In this document: piece after piece, positions 1-10,134 of the stretch
How positions within the stretch are numbered: the first letter of the stretch is position 1
How the letters are laid out: each line of letters begins with the position of its first letter
Assembly (NCBI GenBank): GCA_963827655.1
Contig: CAWHCF010000029.1
Span: forward strand, 96,001 to 160,000
DNA length: 64,000 bases
Origin: an uncultured Acidobacteriota bacterium
Lineage (GTDB): Bacteria > Acidobacteriota > UBA6911
Direction of reading: 5' to 3'
The notes under the pieces: model-generated
Seen by the model: the letters and a program-made list of their open reading frames with translations, nothing else
What the model was told of the DNA's origin: nothing
The model's database searches: none
Translations under genes and position numbers: made by a program

Positions 1-77
1 ATCCTCGCCTGGTCGGACAAGGTAGACCCGTCAGTGCCGAAGTATTAACGCGATTCCGTGAGCGCGACAGCAAGCTG

Positions 78-190
78 GAAAACTTGACGGAGCCGAACCT
101 CGACGCAAGCGAACTCGATAGTGGCCGATCTCAGAAAGGCCAACCTCGAAGGAGCCGACGTGCGAGACACGTCCCTTTGCGAGGATGATC
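78..190 (+). pseudogene. Degenerate pentapeptide-repeat gene fragment
   Basis: ADLRKANLEGADVRD in the 121..336 frame. Upstream NLT/NLD-type pentapeptides sit in shifted frames and the remaining ORF is not repeat-like. Confidence 0.45.
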
Positions 191-391
191 CTCGCAGTGA
201 GCAGGGGTCGTTCCTGGCAGCCGGGCTTCTCTTCGGGCTCTCGCCCTATGACGGCGCGACGTTGCTGCTGGCGACGTGGCGACCCGCGCGAAACGCCGCT
301 CGCGCCGACCTGGTATCCGCGTTGATAAACGAATGAGGGTATTGGTCGCGACGCATTTTGAGAATCGCTGTGGCAGTGAAGTCATGCTGTC

Positions 392-1462
392 TTAGATGCG
401 GCCTCGGACGTCAGTGACGACATCCCTGACTGCGTTGACCACGGCATCCGGCGCCTCGAACTGAATCATGTGGCCGCTGTTTTCGACAATGATCTGTCGG
501 CCGTGTGTGGAAAGGCGCGCAAGATCCGCCTGTAGCTGATGAACCCAGACCTCGTGGAACGCCGAACTCGCGCTGGGCTCGACAGGATCACTGGACGCCA
601 CATATCGACCGGCGGTCAGCACGATGAGCGGACGATCACCGAGCTTACCGGACGCGCGCGCCGCATTGTCCACCTCAGGATTGCCCGTGCCAGTATCGGG
701 CAGGTCCGCGCCGCCCCGGCTTCCGTGACATCCCTGGGCAAAGGCTGTGATGGCCGCCGTAGGCCGACTCTTCAGTAACCGGAATACCTGCTGTTGTCCC
801 GGACTCATCTCGGATGGGGCGAACTGGCGCTGCCCGCTCGAGATCCATCGGACAAGGCCGAAGCGCACCATTGCAGGCCGCGCCCAACAGGCCAGTTGGC
901 GTACCAGCCTCGGCAGACGGTTTGCCAGTCCCTTCATGTTCGGAGGCTCGCGCTGATCGGGATGGCTGGAATCCACTAGGACGAGCCCCGCGACTACAGC
1001 GGGGTATTTGGCAGTAAAAATGCGGACATATTCGCCACCGATCGACTGGCCCACGAGAATATATGGTGGCGGTACACCGGCGCGGTTCAATAGCTCATGC
1101 AGATCATTCGCAATGCTTGTGCTTGTTCGCGGCGTGGGCGGCGGATCGCTCCAGCCCACTCCCGCGCGGTCGTACCAACACGCGCGCGTAAATCTGGCAA
1201 CCTTGGGCTGAACGAGGACCCAGCCGTAGCCGGGATCATTGCCGCCGCTTTCAAAAATCACCGCCGGACTGCCTTCGCCCGAGCAATAGAGATTTAGCGT
1301 CCGGCCGCCAATGTCGACTGATCGGCCGAGCTGGGGCGGAAGTCTCTTGCGGTCGAGCGATCGCCCCGCCTGCTCGTAGGTGAAGCCACCGGCGGCGGCC
1401 ATGACTAGCACGGCAATGAGTGCTTTCAGCAGTCGTTTGATCCCCCGAGTGGTATTAGGCAT
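392..1462 (-). CDS. Alpha/beta fold hydrolase with N-terminal membrane/signal segment
   Basis: 356 aa; GQSIGG nucleophile elbow, YDRAGVGWS, C-terminal SGHMIQFE catalytic His. Confidence 0.9.
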   Translation of the reverse strand: MPNTTRGIKRLLKALIAVLVMAAAGGFTYEQAGRSLDRKRLPPQLGRSVDIGGRTLNLYCSGEGSPAVIFESGGNDPGYGWVLVQPKVARFTRACWYDRAGVGWSDPPPTPRTSTSIANDLHELLNRAGVPPPYILVGQSIGGEYVRIFTAKYPAVVAGLVLVDSSHPDQREPPNMKGLANRLPRLVRQLACWARPAMVRFGLVRWISSGQRQFAPSEMSPGQQQVFRLLKSRPTAAITAFAQGCHGSRGGADLPDTGTGNPEVDNAARASGKLGDRPLIVLTAGRYVASSDPVEPSASSAFHEVWVHQLQADLARLSTHGRQIIVENSGHMIQFEAPDAVVNAVRDVVTDVRGRI

Positions 1463-1777
1463 GAGTCCTCTGGTCAGTCAAGACTCAGATAATAGAAGCC
1501 GCCGTGCATTGCGTGGCCATCGCGACCTCAAGCGGATGGAAAAGCGGCCAAAGCACCATGGAATCGCACGCCTGAGGATGGCGGTAGTTGCCCTGATGCG
1601 GATCGGGACGCCAACATTGAGCCGGATGTGCCCGCGTGTTCTTCGACGCCGGATCCCGCGATTTGTTCCAAGGGCAAGGGCTTGCACGACTCGTTTGACC
1701 GCTCGTACACATGTCTGGCGTTAATGCCTGAGAACAAAAGCCCAACGCACGATTCGACTCAACCAGGGTAATTCAAG

Positions 1778-1807
1778 CTTGACAATAACCGACTCATATC
1801 TTATATA
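1778..1807 (+). promoter_or_regulatory. Sigma70 promoter of the dnaK operon overlapped by a HAIR-like (HspR) operator
   Basis: TTGACA(1779-84)-17bp-TATATA(1802-07); CTTGACA-N7-ACTCATA (1778-98) versus HAIR CTTGAGT-N7-ACTCAAG; hspR is in the same operon. Confidence 0.6.
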
Positions 1808-1838
1808 CACTCGACACTAAACGTGAGGAGGAACACAA

Positions 1839-3764
1839 ATGAGCAAGATCATTGGGATCGACTTGGGCACGACAAACTCGGTAGTTGCGGTCATGGAGGG
1901 TGGTGAGCCCAAAGTCATCACCAATCCTGAAGGAAGCCGGCTTACGCCGTCGGTGGTTGCCGTGGGCAAGAATGGAGAGCGCTTTGTCGGCCAGGTGGCC
2001 AAGCGTCAGGCTGTCACCAACCCGGAGAACACGGTCTTTTCGATCAAGCGCTTCATGGGACGCAAGCTGAACGAGGTTCAGGACGAGGTGAAGCTAGTAC
2101 CGTACAAAGTGGTTGCCGGGCCGAACGGCGACGCCCATGTCCGAATGGCTGACAAGTCCTACACTCCTCCCGAAGTTTCCGCCATGATTCTTCAGAAGAT
2201 GCGGTCCGCCGCCGAGGAGTATCTCGGTGAAAAGGTGGAGAAGGCCGTGATCACGGTTCCCGCCTACTTCAATGACAGCCAGAGGCAAGCGACCAAAGAT
2301 GCGGGGAAGATCGCGGGGATCGATGTGGTGCGCATCGTTAACGAGCCCACCGCCGCCGCATTGGCGTACGGACTTGACAAAAAGAAGGACCAGACGATTG
2401 CGGTTTACGACTTTGGCGGCGGGACCTTCGATATTTCGATTCTCGAGGTAGGGGAAGGTGTGGTCGAGGTCAAGTCCACAAACGGCGATACTCACCTTGG
2501 CGGCGACAACCTGGACCAGCGTTTGATGGATTGGATTATCACTGAGTTCAAGAAGGACCAGGGAATCGATCTTTCCAAGGACAAGATGGCTCTGCAGCGA
2601 CTGCGCGAGGCCGCGGAGAAGGCAAAGATGGAACTCTCCACCGTGATGGAGAGCGAGATTAATCTTCCCTTCATTACTGCCGATGCGAGCGGACCCAAGC
2701 ACCTCAACATGAAACTCACACGGGCCCGGTTCGAGCAGATGGTGGAAGACATCCTTCAGAAGACGATAGCTCCCTGTAAGCAAGCGCTCTCTGACGCCGG
2801 AATCAAGACGGGCGACGTCCATGAAGTGGTGCTCGTGGGTGGCTCCACGCGAATACCGCGGGTTCAGCAGATCGTGAAAGATCTGTTCGGCCGGGAACCC
2901 CACAAGGGAGTAAATCCCGACGAAGTTGTGGCGGTTGGAGCTGCGGTGCAGGCAGGCGTCTTGTCGGGAGACGTGAAGGATCTTCTGCTCCTCGATGTGA
3001 CTCCGCTCTCCCTGGGGATTGAAACCCTGGGCGGCGTCTTTACCAAGCTGATCGAACGGAATACAACCATTCCGACGCGTAAGGCTGAGGTTTTCTCCAC
3101 CGCGGCAGACAGCCAGACGTCGGTCGAGATTCATGTCCTTCAAGGAGAGAGGGCGATGGCCAAGGATAACCGCACGCTGGGAAAGTTCCACCTGGTGGGA
3201 ATTCCTCCTGCTCCGAGAGGCGTGCCTCAGATCGAGGTCACGTTCGACATCGACGCGAATGGAATCGTCAACGTTTCGGCCAAGGATCTCGGGACAAACA
3301 AAGAGCAGAAAATAACCATTACCGCGTCGAGCGGACTGTCGAAGGACGAGATCGATCGCATGACGAAAGACGCCCAGTCCCACGCCGATGAAGACAAGGA
3401 TTATCGTGAAAAGGTTGAAGCAAAGAACAAACTCGACAACCTGATTTACAACACTGAGAAGATGGTCGGTGAAAACAGGGACAAGATTCCCGAGTCCGAT
3501 GCGAGCAACCTGGACGCCGCAATTTCCAAGGCGAAGACGACACTCGAAGGCTCCCCGGAGTCAGCGGAGTTGAAGTCGGCTTTTGATGAGCTGACCCGGG
3601 CCTCGCACCGGCTGGCGGAAATCCTGTACCAGAAGACAACCGCCCAGGCGTCGCCTGGCGGCGGTCCCGGTCCGGCGGAAGGGGAACCTCAGGCCGGGAA
3701 GTCGAAGCCGGAAGATGAGGTCATCGACGCAGAGTATGTGGACGTAGACGAAAACAAGCGATAG
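1839..3764 (+). CDS. dnaK: Molecular chaperone DnaK (Hsp70)
   Basis: [27 protein letters not shown] motifs; GAGGAGG RBS. Confidence 0.99.
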   Translation: MSKIIGIDLGTTNSVVAVMEGGEPKVITNPEGSRLTPSVVAVGKNGERFVGQVAKRQAVTNPENTVFSIKRFMGRKLNEVQDEVKLVPYKVVAGPNGDAHVRMADKSYTPPEVSAMILQKMRSAAEEYLGEKVEKAVITVPAYFNDSQRQATKDAGKIAGIDVVRIVNEPTAAALAYGLDKKKDQTIAVYDFGGGTFDISILEVGEGVVEVKSTNGDTHLGGDNLDQRLMDWIITEFKKDQGIDLSKDKMALQRLREAAEKAKMELSTVMESEINLPFITADASGPKHLNMKLTRARFEQMVEDILQKTIAPCKQALSDAGIKTGDVHEVVLVGGSTRIPRVQQIVKDLFGREPHKGVNPDEVVAVGAAVQAGVLSGDVKDLLLLDVTPLSLGIETLGGVFTKLIERNTTIPTRKAEVFSTAADSQTSVEIHVLQGERAMAKDNRTLGKFHLVGIPPAPRGVPQIEVTFDIDANGIVNVSAKDLGTNKEQKITITASSGLSKDEIDRMTKDAQSHADEDKDYREKVEAKNKLDNLIYNTEKMVGENRDKIPESDASNLDAAISKAKTTLEGSPESAELKSAFDELTRASHRLAEILYQKTTAQASPGGGPGPAEGEPQAGKSKPEDEVIDAEYVDVDENKR

Positions 3765-3793
3765 TTCTCCGGGTCCACCTCCGAGGATGGTCT

Positions 3794-4222
3794 GTGACAA
3801 GGAAATCCAACGAGAATCTGTCTGCCTTGATAGTGTTTCAGCGAACCCACATCCGCGCTCCGAACGAGGTGGACAGCCTGGGCGGTAGTGATGCGCTATC
3901 CTGGAGCCCTCCAATCGATATCTACGAGACCGATGACAGTTTCGTCGTTACGGTTGAAATTCCAGGCGTCGAAGGCAACGATGTGCGAGTCGAGGTAAGC
4001 GGCTCTGAGTTGTCGATCAGCGGGAACAGGGGTTTCGACGCCGTTTGTTCGAAGGAAAGCTACCATCGTCTTGAAGGGGTGAGAGGCCGGTTCCGACGCA
4101 GCTTCTCACTGCCGGAACCCTTGGACAGCGCGCGAGTGACCGCAAACCTCAAGGATGGTGTCCTCCGCGTCGTGCTGCCAAAGACATCGCGAAGACTGGT
4201 TGTGGGCTCAAGCGAGCCCTGA
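3794..4222 (+). CDS. Hsp20/alpha-crystallin small heat-shock protein
   Basis: WSPPIDIYET...EIPGV...GRFRRSFSLP...ANLKDGVLRVVLPK. Confidence 0.93.
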   Translation: MTRKSNENLSALIVFQRTHIRAPNEVDSLGGSDALSWSPPIDIYETDDSFVVTVEIPGVEGNDVRVEVSGSELSISGNRGFDAVCSKESYHRLEGVRGRFRRSFSLPEPLDSARVTANLKDGVLRVVLPKTSRRLVVGSSEP

Positions 4223-4234
4223 TCGGATAGCCTT

Positions 4235-5365
4235 ATGGTCAAGGAAGACTATTACGCCACCCTTGGGGTAGCAAAAGAGGCAAAAGGACCTGAGATAAAG
4301 AAGGCCTATCGACGTCTGGCGAGGAAGAACCATCCCGACGTGAATCCCGGCGACAAGGCTGCTGAGGAAAGGTTCAAGAAGGTCCAAGAGGCTTACGACG
4401 TCCTGAGTGATTCCAGGAAGAGGTCGATATACGACCAGTACGGATTCTACTCGGAGAACTTCAAGGAAGCGGCTGAAGCGGGCAGCCGCGGGGCAGAGGC
4501 AAAAGGGGGATTTGATTTTTCCGGTTTCGATTTTAGCGGCGCCGGCCAGAGTAGCAGTTTTCGAGACATCTTTTCCGAATTCTTTGGGTCGGGGGCTCGT
4601 GAGCGGCAGCCGGCGGATTCGGAGAAAGGTGAAGATCTCGAGCACCACTTGAATATCTCGTTCGGCGAGAGTGTCCGTGGCCTGTCCTCGCGGCTTTCGG
4701 TGAACCGGAGCGAAACCTGCGCTCCCTGCGAAGGGACCGGTTTGGACCGCTCGAAGCGGCAACAGCCCTGCCCAAGTTGCAATGGCACGGGCAAGGAAGC
4801 GAAATCACACGGAGTGATGCGTTTCTCCACCACGTGTCGTCGATGTAGCGGGTCGGGGCAACTAGGGCAGCGATGTTCGGCTTGCAGTGGTTCCGGAAGG
4901 GTCCCGCATCAGGAAACGATCACGGTGCGAATTCCTCCGGGCGCCAATACGGGTTATCGGATGCGCGTGCCCCGGAAGGGGCTGGCCGGCAGGTTAGGAT
5001 CACCTCCGGGAGACTTATACCTGATTATTACAGTTGGCCCTCACTCGTTCTTCCGTCGTGAAGGTAACGACATTGTATGCGCCGTTCCCGTTACGGTTAC
5101 CGAGGCGGCATTGGGAACCAAGATTGAGGTGCCAACGATTGACGGGAAGACCCTCTTGCGCATACCGCCCGGAACACAGAGCAGCCAGAAATTCCGCTTA
5201 AGGGGGAAGGGCGCGCCTTCCTTGCGGGGCGGAGGCCGTGGGGATCAGATCGTGGAAGTTCGTGTCGTGGTGCCCAGGGTGGCGGACGAGCGGTCCAAGG
5301 AAATCTTGAAGGAACTGGCCCGGCTCAATCCCGAAGATCCACGGGCTAGCCTGGTTGTGCATTGA
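4235..5365 (+). CDS. dnaJ: Chaperone DnaJ
   Basis: J domain with HPD, G/F region, four CxxCxGxG zinc motifs, C-terminal domain. Confidence 0.98.
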   Translation: MVKEDYYATLGVAKEAKGPEIKKAYRRLARKNHPDVNPGDKAAEERFKKVQEAYDVLSDSRKRSIYDQYGFYSENFKEAAEAGSRGAEAKGGFDFSGFDFSGAGQSSSFRDIFSEFFGSGARERQPADSEKGEDLEHHLNISFGESVRGLSSRLSVNRSETCAPCEGTGLDRSKRQQPCPSCNGTGKEAKSHGVMRFSTTCRRCSGSGQLGQRCSACSGSGRVPHQETITVRIPPGANTGYRMRVPRKGLAGRLGSPPGDLYLIITVGPHSFFRREGNDIVCAVPVTVTEAALGTKIEVPTIDGKTLLRIPPGTQSSQKFRLRGKGAPSLRGGGRGDQIVEVRVVVPRVADERSKEILKELARLNPEDPRASLVVH

Positions 5366-5451
5366 GTGCGCGTCCCGCCGATAGTGCTGGTTCGGGTTCT
5401 TCAGCCTTGACGGCAGAAAGGCTCGAACGGCTAGCTCAAGTAAGGTGACCC

Positions 5452-5835
5452 GTGAGTGCGCGTAAAAAGGGCGGCTACATGATCAGTTCGGTAGCCGATA
5501 CTTATCAGATTCATCCTCAAACACTGCGCCTATACGAGCGCCTGGGCCTGCTCAAGCCGTCGAGGAGCGATGGCAACACGCGCTTCTACACCGACACCGA
5601 TCTCGATCGCCTCGAAGTCATCTTGAATCTGACTCGCGACCTGGGTGTAAATCTCGCCGGCGTCGAAGTCATCCTGAACATGCGAGAAAAGATGAGCAAG
5701 CTTCAGGCCGAGGTCGAGGAACTGTTCAAGTACATTCGCGAACATGTCTCTGCCGGCGTCGAGCCGCCGGGAACTTTGAAAAACGCCCTGGTTCGCGTAC
5801 CGGCGTCCAAGATCATCCGCAGCCGAGTCAAATGA
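5452..5835 (+). CDS. hspR: MerR-family heat-shock repressor HspR
   Basis: YMISSVA...IHPQTLRLYERLGLLKPSRSDGNTRFY...LGVNLAGVEVIL; position after dnaJ. Confidence 0.9.
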   Translation: MSARKKGGYMISSVADTYQIHPQTLRLYERLGLLKPSRSDGNTRFYTDTDLDRLEVILNLTRDLGVNLAGVEVILNMREKMSKLQAEVEELFKYIREHVSAGVEPPGTLKNALVRVPASKIIRSRVK

Positions 5836-5890
5836 AGCCCGGGCCCCGAGGCTTATGGGCAGGAATAAGTTTTACTCTCACAAGCAAGGG

Positions 5891-6136
5891 CTATTTCAGG
5901 CGGGAGAGATACCTCTCCAGCTGCGATGAGGTGATTCTGTGCTTGAAAGCCTTTCGCCCGTTAATGAATACGACCGGGATTTCCTCTCCGTAGTTTGATT
6001 CCGTTTCGGCGCTGTCCTCGACATTCCTCTCGCACAGCTGGAAATCGAATTGTGCCGAAGCCGCCAGAATTACCTGCTTGGCGTCCTCGCACAGATGGCA
6101 CCCGGGCCGGGTATAAATCTCAATGATAGTCTTCAT
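5891..6136 (-). CDS. Glutaredoxin-like protein (DUF836-type)
   Basis: YTRPGCHLCEDA CxxC motif; YGEEIPVVFING. Confidence 0.88.
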   Translation of the reverse strand: MKTIIEIYTRPGCHLCEDAKQVILAASAQFDFQLCERNVEDSAETESNYGEEIPVVFINGRKAFKHRITSSQLERYLSRLK

Positions 6137-6642
6137 CGAAGCTGGCTGCGAATGAGCCGGTATAATTTGCGGAGTACGTAGAGCTGCAGCTCTCGACTTT
6201 CAGGGAAAAGGGCTTTGGTGCCGGATACCAGACGCTCGGCGGCGGATTCGAGTTCCGGGATGAGGCGCGCCGTGACGGTAGGATCGTACGGGAGTTTAAT
6301 CGAGTGACATCCAATTTCCGTGAAGAGCTTAAGGTACCGCGCTGTGACCATATCCGGGCAGTGAATCCGCTTGAAGGACGATTTCACTTCGAATCCAAGA
6401 AGGGTGTTACTGATCCGGGCTGAACTCTTCCGGCCCAGGAGATGAATTGTCCTGGTTTTGATCGAAAGCACTTCCTGACGATATATCTGTACGAACGGCC
6501 GGCAGTCCGGCGCCGACTGAAGGGTCTTTAATATTTCGGCGTGCTTCAGCTTGTGATTCTTGAAGCCGATTTCGCCGCCAGAGATTTGAGGGGTAGCGGA
6601 TGGTAAGAGCGGAATTTGTGGAGTCGCTTCACGTCTGGGCAT
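6133..6642 (-). CDS. Hypothetical protein
   Basis: 169 aa with globular composition; stop overlaps the glutaredoxin start (ATGA). Confidence 0.65.
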   Translation of the reverse strand: MPRREATPQIPLLPSATPQISGGEIGFKNHKLKHAEILKTLQSAPDCRPFVQIYRQEVLSIKTRTIHLLGRKSSARISNTLLGFEVKSSFKRIHCPDMVTARYLKLFTEIGCHSIKLPYDPTVTARLIPELESAAERLVSGTKALFPESRELQLYVLRKLYRLIRSQLR

Positions 6643-6843
6643 CGAGGGTCTAACTCGACCGGTCGGTGTTGCGCGGAGTCAGCGCGCGCAAAGCGCTGCG
6701 CCAGACGAGTTCGGGAGGCAGCGATCGCAGGCGGCCGTCATGAGCATGCAGGCGAAAGAGCCGCGCCAGATTTCCGGAGCTTCGTTGATTCTTCGCAAGT
6801 CGCCAGGTCGTTACCGTCTGGATCATTGGCTTTGACTTCCACT

Positions 6844-7674
6844 TCAAGGCTCGTCGGCGGCCAGGAGCTCGCTTACATTCTCCGTGTTGATCATCATCTT
6901 TACCACCTCCCCGGCATTACCTGGAGGCTTTGCGCGCTTGCCATTGATCTTGAGCCGCACTCCGCCTGCATTCCCTAGAATCACGTAGAACCTTTCGGCG
7001 GCGTCAAAGGACAAATCCTCGCCGGGCTCAAGCAGCTTTACCAGCACGCGATCGCCGTCACGGCTCACAGAGACCCAGCATTTTTGCACGACTTCAAACT
7101 CGAGTCGCAGGGTGCCGGCTGGAGGCTCCTTCGGCTCCGTGATCGGAAGCGCGGCTGGTATGGATGTCGCAGGTGCCTGGTCCGGCTGCGCGACGGGATG
7201 ATTCTCGACTGGCTTGACAGCCGGTTGAGATGGTGGAAGCTTCGGAACCGGTTTGGCAAGCACCATCTCTTGAGAGCGGGAAAAATACGGGGCGAAGACG
7301 TCCGCGATCCACTTGCGACTATATAGAAGGCTTGCGATGGAAATCAGGAGCATGGCGCTCCAGATAACCACCGGACTCAGCGAGCTTCTTTGCGGCAAGG
7401 GCCGACGGTTCCGCGGCTTCAACACTGGTTTCTCGGGCGGCGGCGGCGTTTCGGCTTCGTATCTTGCCAGGAATCGGGTGGCATCCAGTCCCAGGACCTC
7501 ACAATAGGCGCGCAGGAAGGCGCGATTGTACATGCCGCCGGGAAGCTGGCTATAGCGGCCCTCTTCCAGATGCTCAAGCTGTCTTAAAGTTATGTGGGTG
7601 TGGTCGGCAATCTGCTGCAGCGTGATTTTCTTTTGCTCTCGGGCTATCCTAAGATCCACGTTCAAGGGGTTCAT
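6844..7674 (-). CDS. rodZ: RodZ-like protein (HTH + TM + DUF4115)
   Basis: N-terminal HTH LRIAREQKKITLQQIA...LPGGMYNRAFLRAY, TM helix, C-terminal CWVSV...LGNAGGVRLKING. Confidence 0.9.
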   Translation of the reverse strand: MNPLNVDLRIAREQKKITLQQIADHTHITLRQLEHLEEGRYSQLPGGMYNRAFLRAYCEVLGLDATRFLARYEAETPPPPEKPVLKPRNRRPLPQRSSLSPVVIWSAMLLISIASLLYSRKWIADVFAPYFSRSQEMVLAKPVPKLPPSQPAVKPVENHPVAQPDQAPATSIPAALPITEPKEPPAGTLRLEFEVVQKCWVSVSRDGDRVLVKLLEPGEDLSFDAAERFYVILGNAGGVRLKINGKRAKPPGNAGEVVKMMINTENVSELLAADEP

Positions 7675-7760
7675 ACACAGCCCCGGAAAAATGTCCCGCG
7701 CGATTGTTCAATCGACGTTCGGCGGCCGCTTCAGTGGCCTCGGGGGTTAGCGGGACAAAA

Positions 7761-7790
7761 ATTGTACTCGCCCGTGTCTCTCGGTGTCAA
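7761..7790 (-). promoter_or_regulatory. Sigma70 promoter for rodZ
   Basis: Minus strand TTGACA-18bp-TACAAT. Confidence 0.6.
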
Positions 7791-7858
7791 TTCATTCGAC
7801 GGATTGCTGTAAGCCTTGAAAATAGTTGAATTGCGAGCACTTAGATCGGTAAATCGGC

Positions 7859-7887
7859 TTGACGCTTTGAATCCCTTGTGCTACTTT
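7859..7887 (+). promoter_or_regulatory. Sigma70 promoter for the BMC pair
   Basis: TTGACG-17bp-TACTTT with extended TG. Confidence 0.55.
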
Positions 7888-7924
7888 CTGCGGCGATCCA
7901 AGCAAAGCAAGCCGGGAGGGATGA

Positions 7925-8218
7925 ATGGCCTACGAAGCTCTTGGAATGATCGAGACCAAAGGATTCGTCGCATCTGTAGAAGCCGCCGACGCCATGGTCA
8001 AGGCAGCCAACGTGGTTCTAATCGGGAAGGAGTACATCGGAGCCGGATACGTTACGGTCCTGGTCCGAGGAGACGTGGGCGCAGTAAAAGCCGCGACGGA
8101 CGCCGGCGCTGCCGCAGCGCGCCGCGTCGGAGAGTTGATTAGTGTGCACGTCATTCCCCGCCCCCATAGCGAAATGGAGAAGATCCTGCCCCAGCTGGAA
8201 GAAGCGAAGAAAAAATAG
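7925..8218 (+). CDS. Bacterial microcompartment hexameric shell protein (BMC-H, EutM/PduA-like)
   Basis: ALGMIETKG...[11 protein letters not shown]...[13 protein letters not shown]...VHVIPRPH; GGAGG RBS. Confidence 0.97.
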   Translation: MAYEALGMIETKGFVASVEAADAMVKAANVVLIGKEYIGAGYVTVLVRGDVGAVKAATDAGAAAARRVGELISVHVIPRPHSEMEKILPQLEEAKKK

Positions 8219-8248
8219 CATCCGAGCCGCGGTCGCGCGGCCCCGAAG

Positions 8249-10012
8249 ATGATTTCCAGCCCTCTCGACGAAAAAAGGTCTGATCAGGTGGCTCTTCAAG
8301 ACAAAGACCTTCAATCCATCCAGGAAGTCCGGAATCTTGTGGCCCGTGCTCACGAGGCCCAGAAGGCGTTCGAGAAACTCACCCAGACCCAGGTCGACGA
8401 TGTCATAGGATCGGTGGGCGAGGCCGCCCTTGCGGAATCCACTCGCCTGGGCGCGCTGGCGGTGGAAGAAACCGGTTATGGAATCGCCAGCGACAAGCAC
8501 CTCAAGAATTACTTCGTCGCGAAGCATGTCACCGATTACATTCGCCCCCTTCGTACCATGGGCATCATCTCAGAAGATCCTGTTCGCAAGATCACTGAGA
8601 TTGCCGTGCCGATGGGAGTTGTCGCCGCGATTATTCCGTCCACGAATCCGACCTCGACCGCGATCTTCAAATGCCTGATCTCTCTCAAAGCCGGCAACGC
8701 CGTGGTTTTGTCTCCTCATCCCGCAGCGACGCGCTGCATCGGAGAATCTGCCCGAGTTTGCTACGAGGCGGCGCTTAAGGCGGGCGCTCCCGAGGGGATC
8801 ATAGGCTGGATGACTATTCCTACTCTGGAAGCCACCCAGGAACTAATGAAGCACAAAAACGTGGCGGTCATTCTGGCAACTGGTGGAGCCGGGCTGGTCA
8901 AGGCCGCCTACAGTTCGGGCAAGCCGGCTTATGGCGTCGGTCCCGGAAACGTACCGGCGTACGTCGACCGCAGCGCGGACATATCCAAAGCCGTCAAAGA
9001 CGTATTGACCGGTAAGACATTCGATAACGGCACACTCTGTTCGTCTGAACAATCGATCGTCGTGGACGCTCCCGTGGAGGCGCGGGTAGCGGAAGAATTA
9101 ATTCGCATGCGCGGCTACTTTCTCAATCAGGAGGAGATCCGGAAACTCGAGGCGGTGGCAATTCAGCCAAACGGATCTCTCAATCCTCAAGTCGTGGGCA
9201 AATCGCCCGCGTGGATCGCTGACAAGGCCGGAATCAAAATACCTGAAGGTACGCGCGTCCTGATTGTCCGTCTGAGCGGAGTGGGGCGCGGCAACCCGCT
9301 CTCCTGCGAGAAACTGTCTCCCATCCTCAGCTACTACGTGGTTCAAGACTGGCGCGAAGGATGTGAACGCTGCAAGCAGATTCTGGCGTACGGCGGCATG
9401 GGACACACCCTGGCAATTCACAGCAAGGATTCGGCGGTTATCCGCCAGTTCGGACTTGAGAAGCCAGCTTTCCGAATTTGCGTGAATACTCCGGCAACTC
9501 ACGGCTCGATCGGGTTCTCCACGTCGCTTCCGCCGTCGATGACCTTGGGCTGTGGGACCTACGGCAATAACATTACCACCGACAACATAACTCCCATGCA
9601 TCTGATCCAGGTGAAACGCATGGCCTGGGAGACGACTGAAGTGTTTCCATCCTGGTGGACCGAACCCGAACGGAAGGAGACCCGAACACCCGAGAGGGTT
9701 CCCACTAAACCCATTGCGACTTCCGTCCCGGAACTGATCGAGGCTTATCTTGCGTCGTGGAAGGCCAGGCAACCTTCAAAGAATCACGCCCGGGCGAGTG
9801 AGTCGCGACCGTCCGATAGCGATCCGGGCCCCGCGACGCCTCGTGGAAGCCCGGCCCGGGACGATAAACCGCAAGCGCTTGATTTTGTCTGTGAGCAAGA
9901 CGTCCGCATTGCCGCGCAGCTTCGGCAGAAGATTTACGTCCATTCGAAGACCATCATCACCCCGGCGGCGCAGGAGCTGGGGACGAGCCACAGAATCTTC
10001 ATCACGATCTGA
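8249..10012 (+). CDS. Acylating (CoA-dependent) aldehyde dehydrogenase, EutE/AdhE-ALDH type, with C-terminal extension
   Basis: IPSTNPTST, ATGGAGLV, GVGPGN, FDNGTLCSSEQ catalytic Cys, SMTLGCG; adjacent to BMC-H. Confidence 0.95.
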   Translation: MISSPLDEKRSDQVALQDKDLQSIQEVRNLVARAHEAQKAFEKLTQTQVDDVIGSVGEAALAESTRLGALAVEETGYGIASDKHLKNYFVAKHVTDYIRPLRTMGIISEDPVRKITEIAVPMGVVAAIIPSTNPTSTAIFKCLISLKAGNAVVLSPHPAATRCIGESARVCYEAALKAGAPEGIIGWMTIPTLEATQELMKHKNVAVILATGGAGLVKAAYSSGKPAYGVGPGNVPAYVDRSADISKAVKDVLTGKTFDNGTLCSSEQSIVVDAPVEARVAEELIRMRGYFLNQEEIRKLEAVAIQPNGSLNPQVVGKSPAWIADKAGIKIPEGTRVLIVRLSGVGRGNPLSCEKLSPILSYYVVQDWREGCERCKQILAYGGMGHTLAIHSKDSAVIRQFGLEKPAFRICVNTPATHGSIGFSTSLPPSMTLGCGTYGNNITTDNITPMHLIQVKRMAWETTEVFPSWWTEPERKETRTPERVPTKPIATSVPELIEAYLASWKARQPSKNHARASESRPSDSDPGPATPRGSPARDDKPQALDFVCEQDVRIAAQLRQKIYVHSKTIITPAAQELGTSHRIFITI

Positions 10013-10134
10013 CAGGGCAAGGGCTGCCGCAACGCGGGGCGCGTGATAGCCGAGGATTCAGACCTGTCATGGTCTTCTCCAGCCATGTCTGCTACCCTTG
10101 AGACGGATTTTCAATCGGGGTGGTATCAGCCGGG

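Noticed and set aside
2094-3383. 429-aa antisense ORF over dnaK (also the long antisense ORFs over valS, alaS and at 40100..41674)
   Set aside because: Shadow ORFs opposite conserved GC-rich genes; no motifs
6650-6847. 65-aa ORF between rodZ and the hypothetical gene
   Set aside because: TTG start, Arg-rich composition and no motif; cannot be supported despite the stop/start overlap
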